A stretch of 64,000 bases of DNA from Acidobacteriota bacterium (GTDB lineage Bacteria; Acidobacteriota; UBA6911; RPQK01; JAJDTT01), in the NCBI GenBank assembly GCA_965209055.1, contig OZ242374.1:928001-992000 (forward strand), given 5' to 3'. This document shows positions 25,676 through 35,762 of this stretch, piece by piece. How positions within the stretch are numbered: position 1 is the first letter of the stretch; the number at the start of each line of letters is the position of its first letter. A model generated the notes under the pieces. The model saw only the letters and a program-made list of their open reading frames with translations. It was not told the origin of the DNA and did not search any database. The translations under genes were made by a program, and so were the position numbers.

Positions 25676-26662
25676 ATGACGGGTGAGATCTACGTACTGC
25701 TGGACCACTCCGATGGGCGGGTGGACGCCCTTTCCCGGGAGACGCTGGCCCTGGCGCAGCAGCTCGGCCGCTCGCACGGACTTGGAGTCAAAGGGCTTCT
25801 TCTCTGCGGACCGAATCGATCCGTGGTGGAGAACGTGGCCGGATTGCAGGCCGACGCGGCCCTGGTCGTCTCTCACCATCGGTTGGACGGGTACGAGCCG
25901 GACGCCCACTGCCTCGCCCTGACCCGGATCCTGGAGCAGGACCGTCCCCTGGCCTTCCTGATGGGTCACAGCTACCAGAACATCGACCTGGCTCCCAAGC
26001 TGGCCGCATCCCTGAAGTGCGGACTGGTGACCGACTGCATCGGCTGCAGAATCGACGGCGAGAGCATGGTCTTCGTCCGCCAGATGTTTCGAAATCGAAT
26101 CAACGCGGACGTCCGGGTCCGTTCTCCTCATCCCTGGATCGCCACCTTCCAGTCGGGAGCCGGCGCCGGCAACGACCTGCTGGAGGGCAGTTCCCCCGTG
26201 GTGGAGCGAACCGTCGATCTGTCGGGACTGGCGCATCGCCGCACGGTGGTGGAAACCGTCGGAGCGGTGAAGGAGAAAGTGGACCTGGCCAAGGCGGACA
26301 TGATCGTGGCGGCGGGCCGGGGCATCAAGCGCAAGGAGAACCTGCGCCTCCTGGAGGAGCTGGCGGAGGTGCTGGGGGCCGAGCTTGGAGCCAGCCGGGC
26401 GGCCGTCGACAGCGAGTGGCTGGAGCGGGACCGCCAGATCGGCAGCTCCGGCCAGTCGGTGGCGCCCCGGCTGTACGTCGCCTGCGGCATCTCCGGCGCC
26501 ATTCAGCACGTGGTGGGCATGAGGAATTCGGCCCACATCGTGGCCATCAACACCGATCCGGACGCCCCCATCTTCAACCTGGCCAACTACGGAATCGTCG
26601 GGGACCTGATGGAAATCGTGCCGGCGCTCACCAGGAAGCTGCGCGAAGAACAGTCGCGTTAG
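25676..26662 (+). CDS. etfA: Electron transfer flavoprotein alpha subunit
   Basis: GRG, GASRAAVD, QIGSSG, GISGAIQH, AINTD; GAGGAG SD before ATG 25676. Confidence 0.95.
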   Translation: MTGEIYVLLDHSDGRVDALSRETLALAQQLGRSHGLGVKGLLLCGPNRSVVENVAGLQADAALVVSHHRLDGYEPDAHCLALTRILEQDRPLAFLMGHSYQNIDLAPKLAASLKCGLVTDCIGCRIDGESMVFVRQMFRNRINADVRVRSPHPWIATFQSGAGAGNDLLEGSSPVVERTVDLSGLAHRRTVVETVGAVKEKVDLAKADMIVAAGRGIKRKENLRLLEELAEVLGAELGASRAAVDSEWLERDRQIGSSGQSVAPRLYVACGISGAIQHVVGMRNSAHIVAINTDPDAPIFNLANYGIVGDLMEIVPALTRKLREEQSR

Positions 26663-26734
26663 CTCCTTCGGCCCCCCGGCCCGAGTCTGAAGCCGGGACA
26701 ACCGGCAGGGCCGCCCCCGCGGATGTCAACCGTC

Positions 26735-27850
26735 TCAATCCGGACACGGGCAGGCCAGGGTGCTCAGGCTCTGCGAGAGGTCGGGACTCATGGGGATGGG
26801 GACGACTCCGAATCCGGAAGTCTGCATTCGCGAGAAACGGGCGTCCCGCGCCAGCACCAGGACGCGGTCCGGTTCCGGTTTCACGTCGTAGAAGGTGAAG
26901 CGGCCGAAAGCCTTCATCACCCGCCCGGGACAAGTGTCCAGCGCCGCTTGGACGGCCTGGTGATCCAGGCGCCTCCGGTAGGCCTGGTGTCCCTCGAGCC
27001 GGCCGCCGCCCAGGGACGCTCTCCAGATGCGGACCCGTTTTCGATCCTGCCACAGGATCTCCCAGCTCAAGGGATTGGCCAAACGGGGCAAAGCGGCCAG
27101 AGCTTCGGTTTGGACCTGCGGATGTTCCCGAGCGATCTCCGGGGCCGCTCCCGTCAGCGTCACGGTTCGGGAGATGAGCAGCAAACCCCAATAGACCGCG
27201 ACTCCGGCCAAAGCCCAGAGATTCAGGGAGCGGCTCCAAACCGCCCGCCGTTGCTTGAGAGCCAGGATCAACGCCAGAGCCGAAAAGAAAACAACCGCCA
27301 CCACCGGACCGTCCGGGCGGGCCTCGGCGTTCCTTGCCACCAGGAAAGACATGAAGACCACAACCGCGATCCAAACCGGACGCGTCACACGCGTCCTTTG
27401 GGCGGTCAGGAAGACGGCGCCGCCCAGGATCAACCAGAGGTAGGGATCCACGATGTAGACCAGGTCGCCGTAATACCACTTCCCGGAAAAGGGCAGCCAG
27501 GGACGGATGCCGTAGGAATTGGTCAAGTCCAGCAGGGGATGGCTGACCAGGGTCAGGGTGACGCTGGCCAGGAGCGGGCCGAATGGAAATGCCTTGTCCC
27601 CGGATCGGAACCGAGCCAGAAACTTGAGCAGCAGAGAGAACAACAGGGCCAGCGCCAGGACGCCCAACACCGAATGGGTCACTCCCCGGTGGTGGTGAAG
27701 ATAGTAGAGCGGCCCCCACCCGCTCACGACGATATCGGCGTCCGGCAGGTTGGCGGCCACGACGAGGGAGACGGTGCCGTAGGGAGTCATTCGTCCCAGC
27801 CCCGCCCGGGAAAGAGCCACTCCGACGAGGGAATGAGTCAAGTTTTCCAT
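26735..27850 (-). CDS. Membrane-bound metal-dependent hydrolase (YdjM/DUF457-like)
   Basis: ENLTH, NLPDAD, HHRGVTHS, SHPLLD, NSYG; transmembrane segments. Confidence 0.85.
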   Translation of the reverse strand: MENLTHSLVGVALSRAGLGRMTPYGTVSLVVAANLPDADIVVSGWGPLYYLHHHRGVTHSVLGVLALALLFSLLLKFLARFRSGDKAFPFGPLLASVTLTLVSHPLLDLTNSYGIRPWLPFSGKWYYGDLVYIVDPYLWLILGGAVFLTAQRTRVTRPVWIAVVVFMSFLVARNAEARPDGPVVAVVFFSALALILALKQRRAVWSRSLNLWALAGVAVYWGLLLISRTVTLTGAAPEIAREHPQVQTEALAALPRLANPLSWEILWQDRKRVRIWRASLGGGRLEGHQAYRRRLDHQAVQAALDTCPGRVMKAFGRFTFYDVKPEPDRVLVLARDARFSRMQTSGFGVVPIPMSPDLSQSLSTLACPCPD

Positions 27851-28003
27851 GCCGCGCCTATTCTAACCGCGTAATCGACTCGGACTAGCCTCGAAGCTGG
27901 GGAAACGGAAGGGTCGCAGGTGTTAGAATCCGGCCGTTGGACGCGCCCCGGCGGTGACCATGGCCAGAATCCTGTTCCCCACCCAGACTGGAGAATTGCC
28001 GGA

Positions 28004-28831
28004 ATGACCCCTGAAGAGACCTACCTCTTTGACCTGAACGGCTACCTCATATTGCGGAATGTTCTCCCCCCGAGTCTCGTGAATGATTTGAACCGGGAAC
28101 TGGACAAGCTGGAAGCCCTGTCCGACACCGAGATCCGCGCCAAGGGGCTGACCCGGAGCTACTATCCCGACGAACCGGACGGCTCGACCGGGTGCCGCGA
28201 TTATTCCTGCACCCTGCTCAAACACGGGGGAGTCTTCGAGCAGCTCATCGATTGGCCCGCGGTGCTGCCCTACATGGAGGCCATGATCTCGGTCCCGATC
28301 CGGATTGACGCTCTCCACCTCCTGTCCCGTTGCCCCGGCCGGGCCACCGTCTTTCACCACGGTTACTCGGAGCTCCTCTCCTACAGCGAATTCGCCTGCA
28401 ACCGGAGCCGCTTCGAATGCGTGAGCGTCAAGGTGGGTTACGCCCTGACGGACGTGGACGTGCACGAGGGGGCGTTTGCCGTGATTCCGGGAAGCCACAA
28501 GGGCAACTATGCCAGCCCCCAACACCTGGAGAACCCCGATGAGAACCACCCCCTGGTGCAGACCTGTCCCTGCCGGGCGGGTGACGCGGTCATCTTCTCG
28601 GAGGACCTGACCCACGGCGCCGTGCAGAACCGGAGCCGAAAGATCCGGCGCACCATCTTCGCGTCCTATGCGCCCTCGTTCCAGGCGGCCTGGGACGATC
28701 AGATCGAGACCGCGCCCGGTTTCCAGGAGCGGGCCACACCCCGGCAACTGGAACTGGTGCAGGGACCGCCGCCCTTCGATTCGGCGCCGGGTTTCAACCT
28801 GTCCCCTTTTCGAGCCTCCGAATCCGGGTAG
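28004..28831 (+). CDS. Phytanoyl-CoA dioxygenase (PhyH) family protein
   Basis: FDLNGYL, IPGSHK, AGDAVIF, THG, RRT; FHHG in place of HxD. Confidence 0.85.
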   Translation: MTPEETYLFDLNGYLILRNVLPPSLVNDLNRELDKLEALSDTEIRAKGLTRSYYPDEPDGSTGCRDYSCTLLKHGGVFEQLIDWPAVLPYMEAMISVPIRIDALHLLSRCPGRATVFHHGYSELLSYSEFACNRSRFECVSVKVGYALTDVDVHEGAFAVIPGSHKGNYASPQHLENPDENHPLVQTCPCRAGDAVIFSEDLTHGAVQNRSRKIRRTIFASYAPSFQAAWDDQIETAPGFQERATPRQLELVQGPPPFDSAPGFNLSPFRASESG

Positions 28832-28845
28832 CCGAACGGGAAGTC

Positions 28846-29673
28846 ATGGTCGAAAAGAGGCTCTATCAGCAGCGAGAGGAAGAGAAGGACATCCGGCCCT
28901 TTCAGACCGGGACCGGGATCGAGTATCTCACGGACGAAGACCGATACGGATTCGACATCACCGGCTACCTGGTTCTGGAAGATTTTCTGACCGCCGCGCA
29001 GGTTGGAGAAGCCACACGGCAACTCCAGGGCGGCCTCGCCGGCCCTCCGGACCACGTGACGCTGCGCCGCAACGGTCCCGAAGTCGAGCTGCTCAACGTC
29101 GTCGAGTGCGGCGGGATCCTGGAACAGGCGTTCGTCCACGAGCGGCTGGTCGACGCCATGCAGCAGCTCATCTGGGGAGATCAGATCCGCCTCGTCTCAT
29201 CCCGCGCCATCGTTCGCGAACCCGGAATCTCGGGACACATTTCTCAGGGCGGCCTCGCCGACCCCCGTCGCTACACCCGTTACCGCTGTTTCATCGACGG
29301 AGAATTCCGCTGCCTGCTGGTCTCCTGCCTGATTGCCCTCAACGACACCGGGAGCGGGGACGGTTCCTTTTCCGTCATCCCCTCCAGCCACAAGAGCAAC
29401 TTCCCCCATCCCTACGGGGGGCGTCCTCCCGAGAGCGTTGCGGCACTGAACGACCTCCCCCTGGCGGCGGGCTCCGCCGTGATCTTCAGCGAGAGCATTT
29501 CCCACTGCATGAAGAGGTCCCGAACGGAATCCAAGCTCTGGCTTCTGTATCAGTACGGTCCCTCCTACATGGTGGACTGGCCGGGCTGCGAGGCCTCGCC
29601 CGAGCTGATGCGGAGGGCGGCGGCCGACGAGACCAAGGCCCGTCTTCTGCGAAAACCGTACTATCATCCCTGA
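28846..29673 (+). CDS. Phytanoyl-CoA dioxygenase (PhyH) family protein, degenerate metal site
   Basis: FDITGYL, DGSFSVIPSSHKSNF, AGSAVIFSE, SH. Confidence 0.8.
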   Translation: MVEKRLYQQREEEKDIRPFQTGTGIEYLTDEDRYGFDITGYLVLEDFLTAAQVGEATRQLQGGLAGPPDHVTLRRNGPEVELLNVVECGGILEQAFVHERLVDAMQQLIWGDQIRLVSSRAIVREPGISGHISQGGLADPRRYTRYRCFIDGEFRCLLVSCLIALNDTGSGDGSFSVIPSSHKSNFPHPYGGRPPESVAALNDLPLAAGSAVIFSESISHCMKRSRTESKLWLLYQYGPSYMVDWPGCEASPELMRRAAADETKARLLRKPYYHP

Positions 29674-29694
29674 CTCCTGCAGGAAATCGATCTC

Positions 29695-30735
29695 ATGAAA
29701 GCCGTCTTGATCCATCGACATGGAACCCTGGACCAGGTTCGCATCGACGAGGTCCCCACCCCCCGGGCCCGGGGAGGCGAGGTGCTGGTCCAGACCCGTG
29801 CCGCCGCCCTGAACCATCTGGACCTGTTCGTCCTGGAGGGCATCCCGGGCATCAAGCAGCAGTTGCCCCACGTGTTGGGCTCGGATGCCGCGGGAGTGGT
29901 CCGACAACTGGGCGCCGGCGTAGAGGGTCTTCAAGTTGGGGACCGGGTCATGCTCAACCCCGGGATCTGGTGTACGGATTGCGAGTTCTGCCGAGCCGGA
30001 GAGCAGAGCCTCTGCGTGCGCTACGGCCTGGTGGGAGAACATGGCCCCGGGGTCTATTCCGAGTATTTCGCGGCCCCGGCCCGCAACCTGGTCCGGATAC
30101 CCGATGGCGTGACCTTCGAGGAAGCGGCGGCGTTCTCGCTGGTGAATCTGACCGCCTGGAGAATGGTCTGCACCCGGGGCCGGCTCAGACCGGGGGAGGA
30201 CGTCTTCATTCACGGGATCGGAGGAGGCGTCGCCACAGCCGCCCTGGCCATCGCAAAGCTGTCGGGGGCGCGCGTCTGGGTCAGTTCCTCGTCACAGGAA
30301 AAGCTCGACCTGGCTCGCCGCATGGGGGCCGATTTCTGCTATGACTACACCCAATGCGACGTGGCCCGGGAGGTTTTCCGGGCTACGAATCGGCGCGGCA
30401 TCGACCTGGTGGTGGAGGGCCCCGGCGCATCGACTTGGCTCCAGAGCCTCAAGATGGCCCGAAAAGGAGGCAGGATCGTCACCTGCGGCGCAACCACCGG
30501 ACCCAACCCGGCCACCGAGATCCGTCTCATCTTCTGGAAGCAGATCGACATCCTCGGCTCCACCATGGGCAACCGGAACGAGTTTGCCGAGATCGTACGT
30601 TTGCTGGGCCGGAGAAGGCTCCTTCCCTGTATCGACCGGGTCTTCGACTTCGAAGACGCCACCGCCGCCCTGGAGCGCCTGCAGTCTCAACGCCAGTTCG
30701 GCAAGGTGGTGCTTCGCTTCCGCGATCCGTCGTGA
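29695..30735 (+). CDS. Zinc-binding alcohol dehydrogenase / quinone oxidoreductase family
   Basis: LNHLD, LGSDAAG, CTDCEFC...C structural Zn site, GIGGGV, FGKVVL. Confidence 0.9.
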   Translation: MKAVLIHRHGTLDQVRIDEVPTPRARGGEVLVQTRAAALNHLDLFVLEGIPGIKQQLPHVLGSDAAGVVRQLGAGVEGLQVGDRVMLNPGIWCTDCEFCRAGEQSLCVRYGLVGEHGPGVYSEYFAAPARNLVRIPDGVTFEEAAAFSLVNLTAWRMVCTRGRLRPGEDVFIHGIGGGVATAALAIAKLSGARVWVSSSSQEKLDLARRMGADFCYDYTQCDVAREVFRATNRRGIDLVVEGPGASTWLQSLKMARKGGRIVTCGATTGPNPATEIRLIFWKQIDILGSTMGNRNEFAEIVRLLGRRRLLPCIDRVFDFEDATAALERLQSQRQFGKVVLRFRDPS

Positions 30736-30744
30736 CACTCGAAG

Positions 30745-30770
30745 AGGACACCCACAAGGGGTGTCCTGAC
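30745..30770 (-). repeat. GTAG-type REP-like hairpin, degenerate
   Basis: AGGACACCC-ACAAG-GGGTGTCCT perfect 9-bp stem between convergent genes. Confidence 0.55.
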
Positions 30771-30789
30771 GTTGGGTTCCTCTTCTCAA

Positions 30790-30900
30790 AAGCTCCCCCA
30801 CCGGCCGGGAGAAAAAGGAAAGGAGCGGCGGTTTCCTAACCGCCGAACTCCCGTGTGACAGACTGGGCGACGAAGACCGGGCGATTGGAAATCGCCTTCC
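30790..30900 (+). repeat. GGAG-REP/REPIN-like element, copy 1
   Basis: GGAGCGGCGGTTTCCTAACCGCCG (30822-30845) plus inverted GGCGATTGGAAATCGCC (30880-30896); flank shared with copies at 32001 and 47536. Confidence 0.8.
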
Positions 30901-30906
30901 ACATTC

Positions 30907-31938
30907 TCAAAAGGTCTGGGTGAGGAATGCGAGCGTCTCCTCCAGGTGCGCCGCCACCAGTTCCCAGCCGTGCGGCTCCCCTTCGAAGATCATGCACTGG
31001 TGGGAGATCCCACGCTGGTCCAGGATCCGCGCCAGCGACTTGATGCCATGCTCCATGGGGAAACGCCGGTTATAGCGGTCGGCGGTGCCGTAGGAGAAGT
31101 AGAGATTCAATCCGGCCAGGGAGGCGCTTCGGGCCAGTTCTTCCAAGCTGTTCTGCTTCCAGTAGTCCTGGTCCATCGGATCGCCGAAGGCCTTTTCAAC
31201 CAGACGCAGAAAATAGGTGGAACTTCGGGAGGGGTTGGATCGGAGGACCTCGAAGGGGTCCTCGCCCAGAAAGACGATGGGTGAGACGCCGGCGGCCGAG
31301 GCATAGAGACCGGGGTGCTTCATGGCGATCTTGAGAGCTCCGTAAGCTCCCATGGAGACGCCTCCGATGGCGCGTCCCCCGGCGTCGGTTCGAACCCTGT
31401 ACCGCCCCTGAATCGCCTGTAAGAGATCGTTTCGTATGTAGGTCTCGTAGTTGCCGGTCCCGTCGGGAGAATCCGTGTAGAGGCTGTTCTGACCGTCGGG
31501 ATGGACCATGACGAAGTGGGGCAGTTTCCCCTGGCTCATGAGAAGGTCGATGCGGGCCGGAAGATCCCCGTAGCGCGGCGTCGCCCAGCTCGTATGGTCG
31601 TTGTTCAATCCGTGAAGAAAGTAGACGATGGGAAATCTCCGGTCCGATTCCTCATCGTAGCTGGGCGGAAGCAGGACGCTGTAATCCGCATTCATCCCCA
31701 AGGCGGACGATGGAAAGCTTCGAAATTCCATCCTTGATTTGTTGGGGAGGGTGAGGTCGACCGGGTTTTCCAACCGCCGGGGAGGCCCCCTGCGCTGGGC
31801 TTCGAGCGCGATGCAGACCAGAAGGAAACCCATCGAGCAGAGCGCGCCCAGGAGGAACGGCCGCGATCGTGCGCCGATTCGAAGACGGGTCATTTGCACC
31901 AGCATCGATGTTCCCAGTCTGCAATCACGTTTCACCAT
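30907..31938 (-). CDS. Secreted esterase (alpha/beta hydrolase, CE1/FrmB-like)
   Basis: VYFLHGL, GVSMG nucleophile elbow, GEPHGW; true start probably somewhat downstream of 31938. Confidence 0.85.
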   Translation of the reverse strand: MVKRDCRLGTSMLVQMTRLRIGARSRPFLLGALCSMGFLLVCIALEAQRRGPPRRLENPVDLTLPNKSRMEFRSFPSSALGMNADYSVLLPPSYDEESDRRFPIVYFLHGLNNDHTSWATPRYGDLPARIDLLMSQGKLPHFVMVHPDGQNSLYTDSPDGTGNYETYIRNDLLQAIQGRYRVRTDAGGRAIGGVSMGAYGALKIAMKHPGLYASAAGVSPIVFLGEDPFEVLRSNPSRSSTYFLRLVEKAFGDPMDQDYWKQNSLEELARSASLAGLNLYFSYGTADRYNRRFPMEHGIKSLARILDQRGISHQCMIFEGEPHGWELVAAHLEETLAFLTQTF

Positions 31939-32000
31939 CTTACCAGCCGGTCTGAAAATGGGGAGCCGATGCAGGGAGACTTGGACGGATCAATATTCAG

Positions 32001-32148
32001 AAGCTCCCCCAACGGCCCAGTCCGGCGGACGCCCGGTAGAAAAAGGAGCGGTTTCCTAACCGCCGAACTGGAGCGGCGATTTCCAATCGCCGAACTCCTG
32101 ACTGACAAACTTGGCAACGAAGACTGGGCGATTGGAAATCGCCCCCCC
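32001..32148 (+). repeat. GGAG-REP/REPIN-like element, copy 2
   Basis: Units at 32045-32065 and 32070-32092 (GGAGCGGCGATTTCCAATCGCCG), inverted unit at 32127-32143. Confidence 0.8.
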
Positions 32149-32154
32149 TTTTTC

Positions 32155-33408
32155 TTAGAAGAGCCTGTGAACCGGCACCGCCCAGAGGTCGGGCTCCAAC
32201 TCCAACAGGTCCTCGCCCCGGTGGACGACCAAGCCGCCGAGCCACTCGTCTCCCAACGCCTCTCCCAACACGCGCAGCCCCGAGCAGTCGACCCTCCCAA
32301 TCCGGGTGCGGTTCTTCACCTCGATGCCGATGACGCCGGCGGAGGTCGTGACCAGCAGGTCGACTTCCCGTCCCGAGCGCGTCCGGTAGAACCACAGCAT
32401 CGCGTCGCGCCCGAGGGTGTCGATCCACTTGCGAGCCTCCGCTACGACCAACGTCTCGAACAGAGGTCCGGTGATCTCACCCCAGAATCCGGTCCCCTGG
32501 CGCAACAGGCCCAGGTCCATCCAGTAGAGCTTGGGGCTCTTCACCGTCGAACTGGTGAGGTTGCGCGCATACGGCTGCAGCAGCTCGACCTGGTATGACA
32601 GACGGAGGTACTCCAGGTATCGGCGGGCCGTGGCCGCGCTGACGGCGGCGTCCCGGCCCAGCTTCGCATAGTTGAGGAGTTGTCCGGTGCGGAGCATGGC
32701 CAACCTCTGCAGTGAGCGAAACGGCAACAGGTCGGCGACTCGGGTCAAATCGGCGAGGTCACGCTCGAGCCAGGTCTGCTGGTAGGAGCGCAGCCATTCG
32801 CGCCTGTCCTCATCGTCCAGCGACAGGAGCTCGGGCATCCCTCCCCACGCCGCGAGGTGATCGATTGCCTCAACGCGCGCCGTCGCTTCGTCACCCAGCA
32901 GCCGCGGCGGCTCTTCACCCAGGATCGCCGAGAACGCGTCCGGCCGGGTGATGAGCCGATCGAACAGCGGGCGGGGCGGAGTGACTCCGACGGCGCGACG
33001 CAACTCGGAGGCAGTGAGCGGCCATAGATCGTAGACGAACGCCCGGCCGGCCAGCGACTCCCGGATGCGTTTCAGGAGCAGGAATCGAGACGAACCCAGC
33101 AGGACCGAGAACGACAGATGCCCTCCATCGAAGGCCAGCTTCACCTTGTCGAAGACGCCAGGTTCCTTCTGCGCCTCGTCGATCACGGCTGCGCCGACGA
33201 CCCGGCCCCAACTGCCGCTGCGTATTGCGCGCACCGCCTCCCGTTCCTCGATCGCATCCAGGTTCAGGTACCGCAGATCGCGGTAGAGATCCCGGGCCAG
33301 TGTCGTTTTTCCGGTCTGGCGCGCTCCGGTCAGAACCACCAGGCGGCGCTTGTCCGCAGTTGGCAGCCGAGTGGTGAGCCACCGGAATCTCTGTATTATC
33401 GTTCTCAC
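32155..33408 (-). CDS. AAA_14 ATPase with DUF4143 and C-terminal PD-(D/E)xK-like domain
   Basis: GARQTGKTT, IDEAQK, LLGSS, SLAGR, GGMPE, KSPKLYWMDLG, EVDLL...IEVK. Confidence 0.9.
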   Translation of the reverse strand: MRTIIQRFRWLTTRLPTADKRRLVVLTGARQTGKTTLARDLYRDLRYLNLDAIEEREAVRAIRSGSWGRVVGAAVIDEAQKEPGVFDKVKLAFDGGHLSFSVLLGSSRFLLLKRIRESLAGRAFVYDLWPLTASELRRAVGVTPPRPLFDRLITRPDAFSAILGEEPPRLLGDEATARVEAIDHLAAWGGMPELLSLDDEDRREWLRSYQQTWLERDLADLTRVADLLPFRSLQRLAMLRTGQLLNYAKLGRDAAVSAATARRYLEYLRLSYQVELLQPYARNLTSSTVKSPKLYWMDLGLLRQGTGFWGEITGPLFETLVVAEARKWIDTLGRDAMLWFYRTRSGREVDLLVTTSAGVIGIEVKNRTRIGRVDCSGLRVLGEALGDEWLGGLVVHRGEDLLELEPDLWAVPVHRLF

Positions 33409-33557
33409 TGGAACCGATATTACAGGGTAATCAGTCTAATGATCAATATATTTTCTGTAATTTCATCGTTTCCAGGAGCAACCCTACAATATCTCCCGGC
33501 ACCCGCCGCCGGCGTCCCGGGTGAAGCCGGGATCAACCCTGCGGTAGCATTACCCTG

Positions 33558-35708
33558 ATGCGGTTGGGAGGATCCCAGGTTGGGATTGCCGCGGCACTGG
33601 TGTTGTTCACCTGGTGCTCGCGTTCGGAACCGGAAACGACCCAGGACGAGACGACGATTGCCATGCCACAGAATCCTTTTTTCATTGAGAGTTCCCTACC
33701 ATTCAACTACCCGCGGTTCGATCGGATCGACGAGCGACACTTCCGGCCCGCCTTCGAGCAGGGCATGGCCCGGCATCTGGACCAGGTGAACGCCATCGCC
33801 AACCAGGCGGAACCTCCCACGTTCGAAAACACTCTGGTTGCGCTCGAGCGTTCCGGCCGGATGCTCAGACGGGTCAGGAGCGTCTTCTTCAACCTGGTCC
33901 TCGCCCACACCAACGACAAGCTGGACGAGATCCGGAGCGAGATGGCTCCGAAGCTTTCCGCCCACCGAGACCGCATTCTGCTGAATCGCAAGCTGTTCGA
34001 ACGGGTCCGGGAACTGTACGGCCGCCGGGCGGCGCTGGATATCGACGACGAGTCTCGGCGCCTGATCGAGGAGTATTTCACCGACTTCGTGCGGGCGGGA
34101 GCGCGGCTCTCGGAGTCGGGCCAGGCTCGGCTCCAGGAGATCAACGTCGAGCTGGCCGGCCTGCAGACGCGCTTCAGCCAGAACCTGCTGTCCGAGGTCA
34201 ACGATTCCGCCGTCGTCGTCGCCGACCGCGGGCAACTGGAAGGACTGTCGGACAACGAGATCCAAGCGGCGGCGGATGCGGCGGCGGCCCGGGACCTGAA
34301 GGGAAAGTTCCTGGTTGCGCTCCGGAACACCAGTGGCCAGCCGCCATTGACCTGGATCCGGGACCGCGCGATGCGGAAACGGATCATGGAGGCGTCCCAA
34401 GCCCGCGGCAGCCGGGGAGGCGAGTTCGACAATCGGGGCATCGTGGCCCGCTCCGCCAGGCTGCGGGCGGAACGGGCGGCGCTCCTCGGCTATCCCAACC
34501 ATGCCGCCTACAGCCTGGAGCGGCAGACGGCGAAGACGGTGGAGGCGGTCAACCGCTTTCTCTCCCAACTGGCGGAGGCGGCGGCGGCCAACGCCGCGCG
34601 GGAGGCACGGGACCTGCAGGCCATGATTGACGACGACGGCGGGGGCCATCCGTTGGCCTCGTGGGACTGGGCCTACTACGCGGAGCAGGTTCGCAGGAAA
34701 CGATACGCCTTCGACGCGTCTCAGCTTCGACCCTACTTCGAAATCGACAACGTCCTGCAAAAGGGCGTCTTCTACGCGGCGAACCGGCTGTTCGGGATCA
34801 GCCTTCGCGAGCGGACCGATCTCCCCACCCACCACCCGGACGTGAGGGTGTTCGACGTTCTCGACGCCGACTCCCGGCCGCTGGCCCTGTTTCTGGTCGA
34901 CCTCTATGCCCGGCCCTCCAAACAGGGGGGCGCCTGGATGAGTTCGTTCGTCTCCCAGTCGGAGCTGCTGGGGACCCGGGCGGTGATCGGAAACTACATG
35001 AATGTCCCGAAGCCTCCCGCCGGGGAGCCGACGCTGCTGAGCGTCGATGAGGTGGAGACGCTGTTTCACGAGTTCGGTCACGCGCTCCACGGCATCTTCT
35101 CTTCGGTGCGCTACCCCTATTTCTCGGGAACGTCCGTGGCTCGCGACTTCGTCGAATTCCCCTCCCAGATCAACGAAATGTGGGCCACCTGGCCGGAGGT
35201 GGTGGCGAACTACGCAGTCCATCACGAGACCGGGGAGCCCATGCCCATGGAATTGGTGGAAAAGATGTTGGCCGCGGAGAAATTCAACCAGGGATTCGCC
35301 ACCACCGAGTACCTGGCCGCCTCGCTGCTGGACCAGGCGTGGCACCAGCTCACGGTCGAGGAAGCGCCCGATGACGAGGGTGTGATCGATTTCGAGAAGG
35401 CGGTGCTGGCCGAGGCCGGAGTCGCCCTCGATGCGGTGCCGCCGCGCTACCGCAGCACCTACTTTTCACACATCTGGAGCAGCGGCTACTCGGCCGGGTA
35501 CTACTCCTACATCTGGAGCGAGGTGCTGGACGCCGATACGGTGGAGTGGTTCAAGGAAAACGGCGGGTTGACACGGGAGAACGGTGACCGATTCCGCAGG
35601 ATGATCCTGTCGCAAGGAGGCAGCCGGGAGGCCATGGCTCTCTACCGGGCCTTCCGGGGCCGCGATCCGGACGCCGCCTCATTGCTGGTCCGGCGCGGCC
35701 TGAACTGA
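33558..35708 (+). CDS. dcp: M3 family metallopeptidase (peptidyl-dipeptidase Dcp-like)
   Basis: LFHEFGHALH, DFVEFPSQ, RPSKQGGAWM, GYSAGYYSYIW. Confidence 0.9.
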   Translation: MRLGGSQVGIAAALVLFTWCSRSEPETTQDETTIAMPQNPFFIESSLPFNYPRFDRIDERHFRPAFEQGMARHLDQVNAIANQAEPPTFENTLVALERSGRMLRRVRSVFFNLVLAHTNDKLDEIRSEMAPKLSAHRDRILLNRKLFERVRELYGRRAALDIDDESRRLIEEYFTDFVRAGARLSESGQARLQEINVELAGLQTRFSQNLLSEVNDSAVVVADRGQLEGLSDNEIQAAADAAAARDLKGKFLVALRNTSGQPPLTWIRDRAMRKRIMEASQARGSRGGEFDNRGIVARSARLRAERAALLGYPNHAAYSLERQTAKTVEAVNRFLSQLAEAAAANAAREARDLQAMIDDDGGGHPLASWDWAYYAEQVRRKRYAFDASQLRPYFEIDNVLQKGVFYAANRLFGISLRERTDLPTHHPDVRVFDVLDADSRPLALFLVDLYARPSKQGGAWMSSFVSQSELLGTRAVIGNYMNVPKPPAGEPTLLSVDEVETLFHEFGHALHGIFSSVRYPYFSGTSVARDFVEFPSQINEMWATWPEVVANYAVHHETGEPMPMELVEKMLAAEKFNQGFATTEYLAASLLDQAWHQLTVEEAPDDEGVIDFEKAVLAEAGVALDAVPPRYRSTYFSHIWSSGYSAGYYSYIWSEVLDADTVEWFKENGGLTRENGDRFRRMILSQGGSREAMALYRAFRGRDPDAASLLVRRGLN

Positions 35709-35762
35709 GCGTGATTGGAAACCTCCGGGACACCCTGGCATTCCCTCAGGTCAGGTCCGGAA

